Below are positions 56,613 to 64,000 of a stretch of 64,000 nt of DNA, piece by piece. The notes beneath the pieces were generated by a model. That model worked only from the letters and a program-made list of their open reading frames with translations. It was not told where the DNA came from and searched no databases. Made by a program: the position numbers and the translations under genes. Numbering within the stretch: position 1 is the first letter of the stretch; the number at the start of each line of letters is the position of its first letter. Origin of the DNA: Verrucomicrobiota bacterium (GTDB lineage: Bacteria; Verrucomicrobiota; Verrucomicrobiia; Verrucomicrobiales; DEV007); the NCBI GenBank assembly GCA_045046875.1, contig JASFYY010000050.1, positions 32,001 to 96,000 on the forward strand. The letters run 5' to 3'.

Positions 56613-57232
56613 GGTGTTGTTTGGAAATATTCTTTGAGCCCTTCGAGCACATGGGTGGCGGCGATGGAAGCCAGGATCAGTCCCATGACGCGACTGATGA
56701 TACTAGCGCCACCGCTACCGATAACTTTTGAAATTTTTCCTGCGGCAAGCATCAGTAGGCAACTGATGCCCACTACCAGTAGAACTAATGCGGAAGTGAT
56801 CATTTGATGCGGGATGGAGTGGTGGCTGTTTTCGGTGAGCAAAACCACAGCCATCATTGCGCCTGGACTGGCGATGGATGGGGTGGAGAGGGGAAAAATG
56901 GCGGTATCGCTGACACTGCGGGTTAATTTCACCTCACCTTCCGGTTTACTTTCGCCAAATATCATGGTTAGGGCGAATAGAAATAAAACCAAGCCGCCGG
57001 CGATCTGGAAAGCCAGCAAGGGCACGCCCATCGCTTGCAGCAGGACTTCTCCCACGATCACAAAAAATAGCAGGATGCCAGCGGCGGCGCCAGCGGCGAG
57101 CAGAGCTATTTTACGCTGCTCGCTGGGCGAGCGATCCTGAGTGGCAGCGATGAACACGGGGATGGTGCCGATGGGATCGATGACCGCCCAAAGCAGGATG
57201 AAGGTGCTGAGCATTTCCTGGGTATTTTGCAT
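56609..57232 (-). CDS. marC: MarC family membrane protein
   Basis: IDPIGTIPVF, AFQIAGGLVLF, AIFPLSTPSIASPGA, RVMGLILA. Confidence 0.92.
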   Translation of the reverse strand: MQNTQEMLSTFILLWAVIDPIGTIPVFIAATQDRSPSEQRKIALLAAGAAAGILLFFVIVGEVLLQAMGVPLLAFQIAGGLVLFLFALTMIFGESKPEGEVKLTRSVSDTAIFPLSTPSIASPGAMMAVVLLTENSHHSIPHQMITSALVLLVVGISCLLMLAAGKISKVIGSGGASIISRVMGLILASIAATHVLEGLKEYFQTTP

Positions 57233-57298
57233 GATGGTAGTTGTCTGTGAGCAATGAAGGTTGGGAAAGGGAAGTTAATAACAGTAGAGTGCTGCTTA

Positions 57299-58759
57299 TC
57301 ATTTACGCTTGTTTGGTTTTTTCTTAAAGTGCCTTTTGAATCGGGCGGCGTATTCCGGGCGTTTTTCCCAGTCTTTGAAAAAAGGCTGGTAACGTTCGTC
57401 ATCCATCCAGAAATGGGATGAGGGCTCGTTTTCACTAACTGCTCTTTCGGGATAGTCGCTACCCTCGATGCTGGCATCTACTGTAGCATTCCATTTTTTG
57501 AAGGCGGCTTTCATCTTGGTGAAAATGTCGGGATATTGGTTGGAGATGTTTTTCGTTTCTTTTGGGTCGCTAGACAGGTCATACAACTCGAACTGATTTT
57601 TATCGATGTGGGTTGCTACCAGTTTGTATTGGTTGTCGATCAGCGCACCTTTGCCAGCATAGCGGAAGGGGATGGGAGCGTCCCTTTTGGTAAGCTCATG
57701 CTCAAAAAGAGGCTTCAGACTGATGCCGTCCACCGGATCAAGTAGGACGGAATCAGGCAAGTTGAGAATGTCTGCGATGGTCGGAAAAATATCCATCGTC
57801 GAGGCAGGGTAGTTAGTGATGCGGGCTTTGATGACTGCTGGCCATTCGATGATGCCCGGCACTCGCAGTCCGCCTTCCCAAACAGAGCCTTTGTTGCCTC
57901 GTAGTCCTCCCACCGTGTCTAGGGGGATCTCTGGCAAACCGCCGTTATCGCTACAAAACCAGACCAAGGTGTTGTCTGCGATTTTCATTTCGCGCAAACT
58001 TTTGCGCAGGACGCCCAGCGCCCGGTCAAAGGCGACCAGTTCACCGTGATGATGTTGGCTTTTTTCATCCATGTGACTAAAAGGCTTGCGATCAGCTTCG
58101 CTGGCGAGCCATGGGGAATGCGGAGAGCCATCCCAGATGACGGCGAGAAAGGGAGTGTTTTTCTCCTTGGCTACGCGGATAAATTTCAAGGCTTCGGTGA
58201 CGATGATGGCTGAGCTGTCACCTTTGAATTCTTCGAATTCCCCTTGGCGACTCATGACCGGATCAATGTCAAAGAAGTTGGTGACGGTCAGCCATTGGTC
58301 AAAACCAAATGCGCCGGGGTTATGGGAATCGTCACCCAGTACAGGCACTCCTGGTCCCCGCAGCCCGTTGAGGTGCCATTTGCCAAAATGTGCAGTGGCA
58401 TAACCGGCGGATTTTAATGCGGCTGGCAGGGTGCGTTCTTGCAGACGCAAGGCGTGGCCGTGAGAGGGCACACCCGTTCTGTGATTGGCTCTGCCGGTGA
58501 GAACGCTGGCACGGGTGGGGGAGCAAACGGGCGCACCGGCGTAGAAACGATCAAAGCGCAAGCCGTTGGCAGCCATGGCGTCCAGATTGGGGGTTTTGAG
58601 AACCGGATGATGGTAATAGCCGGTTTGGCCCCACCCCTGGTCGTCGGTCATGATCAGGATGATGTTGGGTGGGGTGGTCGGTGGCGCAGCGCAGAATGAA
58701 GCTTTGGTGAAAACCAGCAAGACTAGGGAAAGAGTGACGAGGATGATCTGTTTGAACAT
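57299..58759 (-). CDS. Sulfatase (S1 family)
   Basis: PNIILIMTDDQGWG, CSPTRASVLTGR, GKWHL, SDNG, WEGGLRVP. Start at ATG 58759. Confidence 0.95.
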   Translation of the reverse strand: MFKQIILVTLSLVLLVFTKASFCAAPPTTPPNIILIMTDDQGWGQTGYYHHPVLKTPNLDAMAANGLRFDRFYAGAPVCSPTRASVLTGRANHRTGVPSHGHALRLQERTLPAALKSAGYATAHFGKWHLNGLRGPGVPVLGDDSHNPGAFGFDQWLTVTNFFDIDPVMSRQGEFEEFKGDSSAIIVTEALKFIRVAKEKNTPFLAVIWDGSPHSPWLASEADRKPFSHMDEKSQHHHGELVAFDRALGVLRKSLREMKIADNTLVWFCSDNGGLPEIPLDTVGGLRGNKGSVWEGGLRVPGIIEWPAVIKARITNYPASTMDIFPTIADILNLPDSVLLDPVDGISLKPLFEHELTKRDAPIPFRYAGKGALIDNQYKLVATHIDKNQFELYDLSSDPKETKNISNQYPDIFTKMKAAFKKWNATVDASIEGSDYPERAVSENEPSSHFWMDDERYQPFFKDWEKRPEYAARFKRHFKKKPNKRK

Positions 58760-58930
58760 AGCGTGGGAGGGATGGTGCGGGTCTATTGGTGATGGGCGAT
58801 GAATGCATAGGTTGAAAACAAAACCGATGTTGATGAGTCGTCTGGTCATGTGGGAATCATGTGTTTAATATGATATTGTCAGGAACCCTTTGTGGGGACA
58901 AGGTGATTTCCTTTGTCTGCTTTTTTGGGA

Positions 58931-58990
58931 ATCAGTGTCTATCAGTGGTTAAATATTAGCTAACCACTGATCACACTGATGAGCACTGAT
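58931..58990. repeat. Back-to-back (outward-facing) family-A pair forming a palindrome
   Basis: ATCAGTGTCTATCAGTGGTT-AAATATTAGCT-AACCACTGATCACACTGATGAGCACTGAT; right arm nearly identical to the reverse complement of 40102-40131. Confidence 0.75.
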
Positions 58991-59057
58991 TTCTTCAGAG
59001 GGTGTAGTTTCACAAGGTTGTGCGCATATCAAAAGCGGTGGACAGCTTGGTGATTCA

Positions 59058-59094
59058 AATAAAAAGCCTGCGCTGTAACGCAGGCTTTTTTATT
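59058..59094 (-). terminator. Bidirectional intrinsic terminator downstream of the Gfo/Idh/MocA gene
   Basis: AATAAAAAGCCTGCG-CTGTAA-CGCAGGCTTTTTTATT. Confidence 0.85.
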
Positions 59095-59134
59095 AATTCA
59101 GGTTTACCTAAAAGGGCATCCTGTAACGCTTGCT

Positions 59135-60535
59135 TTATTTTTTCGCCCAAGGCAATGGCCATTGGCCGGGTTTGGCGGTGGGGTAGAGACCGTCCTTGTT
59201 CGGTACGGGCAGCGGGGCAGCGTCGAAGGCGAACTCTTTCGGCATGATACTGAAGTCTGATTTCACTGCTTCGTCCCAAGTGACGTTTTTGCCACTATAG
59301 GTGGCGAGGCGCCCAAGCACGGTTGTGAACGAACTTTTGGCAGCGTAGTGCGCGTTGTTGATCGGTTTGTTATCACGGATGTGTTGGTGCAGAACGTCAT
59401 GTTCGATCTGATAAGGGTTTTTTGCTTTGCGGTTGCGGTAGTTCCAAACCTCCTTGCCTTTGTGGTCGACGATGCGGGCTTTGCCACTGCTGGTATAAAG
59501 AATGCCTTCACTGCCGTGGATTTCTTCTTCCACTTTGTTCATGCAGTTTTTCTGGTGACGGCACTGGCTGTTGCCAACTTTATCGCCTTCGTAGCGGAAT
59601 TCGACGTAGTGGTGATCAAAGATCTCACCGGTATTCGGTCCGACCCGAACTTCGCGTCCACCCATGCCTTGTGCAGAGATGGGGTTGCCGCCGGTTTCCG
59701 AGTTATCACTGAAGAACCAGTTGAGCACATCGATGTTGTGGATGTGCTGCTCGCAGATGTGGTCACCGCAGAGCCAGTTGAAATAATACCAGTTACGCAT
59801 CTGGTATTCCATCTCAGACCAACCGGGTTGGCGTTCGACGGTCCACACTCCACCACTGTTCCACCAGCATTGACCAGAAATGAGTTCGCCGATTTCTCCT
59901 GCACGAACTTTTTCCAGTGCTTTGAGGTAGCTGTCCTGATAGTGACGTTGCAAGCCCACCACAACCTTGAGTTTTTTCTGGTCGGCGATTTCAGCGGCTT
60001 TGATCACTTTGTTGTAACCTGCGGCATCAACGCAGACGGGTTTTTCCATGAAGATATGTTTGCCGGCTTCGACGGCAGCTTCGAAGTGGTAGGGGCGGAA
60101 ACCCGGAGGCGTGGCGATGACCACGAGGTCGCAGGCGTCGATGACTTTTTTATAAGCATCAAAACCGGAGAACTGACGGCTGGCAGGCACATCCACTTGT
60201 TTGCCTTTGCCGCTTTTTTCGAGATTTTTTTGGATCACAGGCAGGCCGGTGGCGCGCACTCCGGTGCCGTCGATTTTGTCTTGGAAGGCATCGCCCATGG
60301 CGTAGAGCTGGGCGTTGTCACTGGCGGTGAGATCCTGGACGATGGCTCCGGATCCACGTCCGCCACAGCCGATCATCCCCACTTTGATCATGTCGCTGCC
60401 GGCGACCTGGGCGTAGGATTCGATAGGTAAGGCCGAGGCGGCAGCGGTAGCGGCTGCGGTGCCGGCGATGAATTTGCGGCGTGAAGTCTGGCTTGCAGGT
60501 TCACTGGTGGGTTTTTCTTTAGTTTCGTTTTTCAT
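59135..60535 (-). CDS. Tat-exported Gfo/Idh/MocA family oxidoreductase
   Basis: SRRKFI Tat motif, IGCGGRGSGA, ATPPGFRP, HIFMEKPV, GLQRHY, WLCGDHICEQHIHNID. Start at ATG 60535. Confidence 0.93.
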   Translation of the reverse strand: MKNETKEKPTSEPASQTSRRKFIAGTAAATAAASALPIESYAQVAGSDMIKVGMIGCGGRGSGAIVQDLTASDNAQLYAMGDAFQDKIDGTGVRATGLPVIQKNLEKSGKGKQVDVPASRQFSGFDAYKKVIDACDLVVIATPPGFRPYHFEAAVEAGKHIFMEKPVCVDAAGYNKVIKAAEIADQKKLKVVVGLQRHYQDSYLKALEKVRAGEIGELISGQCWWNSGGVWTVERQPGWSEMEYQMRNWYYFNWLCGDHICEQHIHNIDVLNWFFSDNSETGGNPISAQGMGGREVRVGPNTGEIFDHHYVEFRYEGDKVGNSQCRHQKNCMNKVEEEIHGSEGILYTSSGKARIVDHKGKEVWNYRNRKAKNPYQIEHDVLHQHIRDNKPINNAHYAAKSSFTTVLGRLATYSGKNVTWDEAVKSDFSIMPKEFAFDAAPLPVPNKDGLYPTAKPGQWPLPWAKK

Positions 60536-60566
60536 AAATATGGTGAGGTTGAAATTTGTGTGCGGT

Positions 60567-62093
60567 TTATTTCTTTTTCTTTTTAGCGGGTTTGGGGTCG
60601 AGGTTGGCGTCGAACTCCGCTTTGCTCGGCGTGGTGGTTGCAATACCTTTTTCAGGAACTTCGGCTTTGCTGATCCAGCAGATGGCGTTGAGCAAGGTTT
60701 TGCGAAAAGAATCGTTGGAGAGGTTGTCGTGGAAGTGAGTTCCGGTGAAACCAAATCCACGTCCGCCATCTGCGCGGTCATAGACCCAACATACGTGTTG
60801 CGGAGTTTTGGCTGCGACCATTTTGCGCACTGCGGCATTGCCGGAGTGGGGGCCGTCGGGGCGTGACATGGTTGAGTCATCGGGGATGGCGCTTAGAATA
60901 GGGGTCACGCCTTTCATGCCGGGGGCAAAGCGCATGTTGAAATACCATTCGTCTTCGACTTCAAAGGGGGCGACGCCGTTGGCGACCGGGTGTTTGGGCA
61001 TTTTGTCAAAGTGGGCGGTCCAGTGGGGATTGACCGAGTGGTCGATTTCAAAAGCACCGCCGACCCATGAGATGAGATCCTGGTTGGATTGATCTTTGAG
61101 CATTTCCACGGCGTAGTGCATGGCGCCGATGCCGATGCCCTTGGCGGCGAGTTCGCTGACTTCGTCGCGGTGATCAAAGGCGACGTGGCGTTTTTGGCCA
61201 TCGCTGAACATCACCAGGCTGTCGGCATTTTGAAAAGCTGTGGGGTCGGCCGGCCAGCCGTTGGTGTAAACGGTGGCGAGTACTTTGTCGCCGTAGTTTT
61301 CATTGAGTAGGCGAGCTAACAGCAGGCTGCCGGCGTTGTGCTCGTGCTGGCGTGGACCGTGGGAGGGTTTGCCGGCGGTGAAGACGATTTTTTTGCGGCC
61401 ATCACTCAGGGGCAGGCGTTTGAGCCGGATATTGCGGAACTGCACTTTCATGGCAGGTCCTTTATGCACCTGAAAAGCGAGCACGCCGGAGAAACGGCGT
61501 TTGTCGGTGTCGTTGTCGGTGACGTCGGACATGACGACTCCGTTGATCTTGTGGATCATGTGATTGCCCTTGGCGATGATGTGGTAGGTGTTCCATTCGC
61601 CCTGGTTGATTTTTTTTTGCAAGTCTGCAGTTTTGGCAAAGGTTTCGATTACCTTGGGTTTGCCATCTTCACCTATCTCGGTTTTTTCTCCGCGCTTGGC
61701 GAGGATGCCACGAAATTGTTCGCCGTAGTTGATACCAGAGTAGGTGGTGCCGGCTTCGAAGTCAGCCTGGTAACCACCGACGGAATAATCTTTTGGCAGG
61801 CGGAAGCTGCGGTATTGGATGCCAGAGTTGCCTTTTTTGATTTTGTATTCCAGTTTCAGCTCGAAGTCATCCACTTCGCCCTGAGACCAAATCAGGAATT
61901 GGTTGTATTGGATCGGGTCTTCGTCGGTGGTGGTGCCGGTGATGGTGCCGTCCTGCACGCTCCACAGTTTGGGATTGCCTTCCCAGCCGGTGAGGGTTTT
62001 GCCGTCGAAGATGGAAGTGAAGCCTGAGTCGTCGGCAAGCGCATGGCTGAGACAGAGGGTGAGAACAAGGAGGAGGGATGCGAGTGGTTTCAT
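60567..62093 (-). CDS. DUF1080 (3-keto-glycoside hydrolase-like) + ThuA-like domain protein
   Basis: FDGKTLTGW, DFELKLEYK..GNSGIQYRS, GYQAD, EWNTY, AFQVH, FRNIRLK; then SHGPRQHEH, MHYAVE, DEWYF, GRGFGFTGTH. Confidence 0.9.
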   Translation of the reverse strand: MKPLASLLLVLTLCLSHALADDSGFTSIFDGKTLTGWEGNPKLWSVQDGTITGTTTDEDPIQYNQFLIWSQGEVDDFELKLEYKIKKGNSGIQYRSFRLPKDYSVGGYQADFEAGTTYSGINYGEQFRGILAKRGEKTEIGEDGKPKVIETFAKTADLQKKINQGEWNTYHIIAKGNHMIHKINGVVMSDVTDNDTDKRRFSGVLAFQVHKGPAMKVQFRNIRLKRLPLSDGRKKIVFTAGKPSHGPRQHEHNAGSLLLARLLNENYGDKVLATVYTNGWPADPTAFQNADSLVMFSDGQKRHVAFDHRDEVSELAAKGIGIGAMHYAVEMLKDQSNQDLISWVGGAFEIDHSVNPHWTAHFDKMPKHPVANGVAPFEVEDEWYFNMRFAPGMKGVTPILSAIPDDSTMSRPDGPHSGNAAVRKMVAAKTPQHVCWVYDRADGGRGFGFTGTHFHDNLSNDSFRKTLLNAICWISKAEVPEKGIATTTPSKAEFDANLDPKPAKKKKK

Positions 62094-62229
62094 GAATTTG
62101 AGTTTAAAAGGAGAGGTTGAAAGTTTTTTATAGAAGATGCAAAATCTAACAAGGCTCAGCCAGCCCTGCAAGTTGCAATCCTTGGCGTATTTACGTAGGG
62201 AATATGAGTTCAACGGCAGAGAAAACAAA

Positions 62230-62313
62230 GGAGTGCGGGTTTTCAACCCGACATGTCTCTGAGCTTTCGCCGGACAGGAGCCGAAGACAGACGGGAGTCA
62301 ATGTCCGCTCTCC
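62230..62313. repeat. Inverted pair of GGAG-type REPs (REPIN-like); one carries a family-D insert
   Basis: GGAGTGCGGGTTTTCAACCCGAC (+), then CGGACAGG [AGCCGAAGACAGACGGGAGTC] AATGTCCGCTCTCC, which without the insert reads GGAGAGCGGACATTCCTGTCCG on the minus strand. Confidence 0.7.
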
Positions 62314-62361
62314 TGTTTGTAATTTGAATTGGGTTTCTGTGTTTTTGGTGGTGAGACGCTC

Positions 62362-63441
62362 CTATATCTCGACTGCAAACTGTTCGTCGGCTTGGATTGA
62401 GCGCAGGACTTCGACAAAAAGACGGATGGTTTTTTCGATATCATCAAAATGGGCGACTTCGACCACTGAGTGCATGTAGCGCAGAGGCAGTGAGATCAAG
62501 GCTGACGGCACGCCGCCGATTTGGTGGAAGATGGAGTCGGTGTCGGTGCCGGTGGCACGCGAGGAGGCTTCATGTTGGATCGGGATGTCGTTTTTGGCGG
62601 CCACTTCGATGATGCGTTTGACCAGTTCGGGGTGATTGGCTGAGCCGTGGGTCAAGGAGGGACCTCCGCCGAGCTCGACATCGCCGTGTTCGGCTTTTTC
62701 GATGCCGGGGCTGTCGGTGGCGTGAGTGACGTCGAGCACGATACAGATGTCCGGGCGCAGCCGGTGGGTGATCATTTTGGCGCCGTGACCGCCGATTTCT
62801 TCCTGCACGGCGTTGGCAGCGATGATGGTGGCGGGGATTTTGTCATCCGATTCGCCGAGTTGTTTTAATACCTGGGCGATGATGAAGCCACCAATGCGGT
62901 TGTCGAGCGCGCGGCTGACGATGCGGTTTTTGCCGAGCAGCTCGGCTTGGTCGGAATACACCGCCGGGTGACCGACGCGGATGCCCAGTTCGGCGACTTC
63001 TTGTGGATTGCAGGCACCGACGTCGATGAACAGTTCGTGCATCTCGGGAGTTTTTTCGCTGCCGAGGGTGCGTTTGCGTAGATGGATGGCGGTATTGCCA
63101 AAAATGCCTGTTACGTCTCCGTCGTCACCGAGAATGGTGAGACGTCGCCCACGTGCGGTTGCCCAGTCACTGCCGCCGACCCGGTCGACTTGCAGGTAAC
63201 CTTCCTTGGTGATGTGTTTGACCATGTAGCCGATTTCGTCGGCGTGGGCTTCGATCATGATGGTGGGGGCAGTGGCGCTGCCTTTGATGGTGCCCCAGGC
63301 GTTGCCGTAGGCATCACTTTCCACTGAGTCGGCGAATTGGCGAACATAAGCGGCCCATTTGCGCTGCCCGCGCACTTCGAATCCGGTGGGGCTGGGGGTG
63401 TTGAGCAGGTCGAAGAGGAATTGGTGTGTGTCTTTATCCAT
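62362..63441 (-). CDS. M42 family metalloaminopeptidase
   Basis: PSPTGFE, AHADEIG, RALDNRIG, QEEIG, DVTHA, GTDTD, PLRYMHS. Start at ATG 63441. Confidence 0.94.
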   Translation of the reverse strand: MDKDTHQFLFDLLNTPSPTGFEVRGQRKWAAYVRQFADSVESDAYGNAWGTIKGSATAPTIMIEAHADEIGYMVKHITKEGYLQVDRVGGSDWATARGRRLTILGDDGDVTGIFGNTAIHLRKRTLGSEKTPEMHELFIDVGACNPQEVAELGIRVGHPAVYSDQAELLGKNRIVSRALDNRIGGFIIAQVLKQLGESDDKIPATIIAANAVQEEIGGHGAKMITHRLRPDICIVLDVTHATDSPGIEKAEHGDVELGGGPSLTHGSANHPELVKRIIEVAAKNDIPIQHEASSRATGTDTDSIFHQIGGVPSALISLPLRYMHSVVEVAHFDDIEKTIRLFVEVLRSIQADEQFAVEI

Positions 63442-63506
63442 GCGGGGAAAGTAGCGGGGGATGTTGGCGGGGAAAAGCGTTTTATCGGGGAAATTTAAAG
63501 AGGAGG

Positions 63507-63599
63507 AACCATGAACCGCCGCCGCTAAAGAGCTATGGCGAGTTAAGATGGATGCGAGCCGAAGCGCAGCGAAGACAGGCGGAGCCAATAAACGCGAAT
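63507..63599 (+). repeat. Family-A element with two inserts (families C and D)
   Basis: AACCATGA [ACCGCCGCCGCTAAAGAGCTATGGCGAGTTAAG] ATGGATGCG [AGCCGAAGCGCAGCGAAGACAGGCGGAGCC] AATAAACGCGAAT. Confidence 0.75.
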
Positions 63600-63743
63600 A
63601 GGATAATACGTAGTAGGTCGGGTGGCTATGCCTTCTGGTTTGAGGGTAGAGTATAAAGAAGGCGGGCTTTGTAATCGCGGGGACTTCGGTCTTGATTATG
63701 ATTTTTCTTCCAACAATCGGATTTTTGTGTTGTCGTAACTGCT

Positions 63744-64000
63744 ATGAAACGGAAACTTGGGCATCTTTCACGGCGCAGCTTTCTTGTCGCTTCGACGACG
63801 GGAATTGCAGGTTATCGTTTTGGTACGTCGATGCTGGGGATGGATGCGCAGGCGGCGCAGGCTTTGGGAACGCCATTGGCCAGCCGGGCTCCGGCAAAAA
63901 CAACGATTCTGTTTTTTCTCTGTGGAGGTTCGTCGCATGTGGATATGTGGGACATGAAACCCAGTGCCCCTTCGGAGTACCGCAGTATTTTTCGTCCCAT
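63744..64000 (+). CDS. DUF1501 family Tat-exported protein (3'-truncated by window edge)
   Basis: MKRKLGHLSRRSFL (Tat)...AKTTILFFLCGGSSHVDMWDMKPSAPSEYRSIFRP, the typical DUF1501 N-terminus; not in the ORF track. Confidence 0.85.
   Translation, partial: MKRKLGHLSRRSFLVASTTGIAGYRFGTSMLGMDAQAAQALGTPLASRAPAKTTILFFLCGGSSHVDMWDMKPSAPSEYRSIFRP

Noticed and set aside
59348..60430. Long alternative-frame ORFs (59348-60430, also 26514-27365, 3113-3937, 7331-8134)
   Set aside because: Antisense shadows of well-supported genes, with no protein motifs.

Overview
A 64-kb, gene-dense bacterial chromosome segment, most likely from a Verrucomicrobiota (PVC) bacterium. This is an inference from the PVC-type heme-binding CxxCH protein, DUF1501, DUF1080/ThuA, Tat Gfo/Idh/MocA oxidoreductases, sulfatases and an SHD1-domain protein. 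Housekeeping genes: polA, ruvA, an orphan nuoA, rplU-rpmA, trmL, split pntA1-pntA2-pntB, a 10-gene Mrp-type Na+/H+ antiporter operon, riboflavin synthase, fabV, asnS and an M42 peptidase. Accessory content: a Phd/VapC toxin-antitoxin pair, a RAYT-type HUH transposase, sulfatases and oxidative sugar-catabolism genes. I found no rRNA, tRNA, CRISPR array or recognisable riboswitch. Most interesting signals: (1) a family of ~30-bp intergenic elements with 10-bp periodicity (roughly AACCRCGAAT-GGACRCGAAT-AAACRCGAAT), plus GGAG/GTAG REP hairpins, into which at least three other 20-50-bp mini-elements are inserted at equivalent positions next to (A)AT, in the same window as the RAYT; (2) a translationally coupled CoA-transferase-like/GNAT fusion and HDAC-family deacetylase, where the CoA-transferase catalytic Glu appears replaced by Gly, suggesting an acyl-CoA-sensing acylation writer/eraser; (3) a small secreted repeat protein resembling 7_1 (septoil) knot proteins; (4) an unannotated 40-aa His-tailed lipoprotein with its own terminator; (5) a roughly 50%-Lys histone H1-like protein. 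All family assignments come from motif recognition by eye, not database searches.
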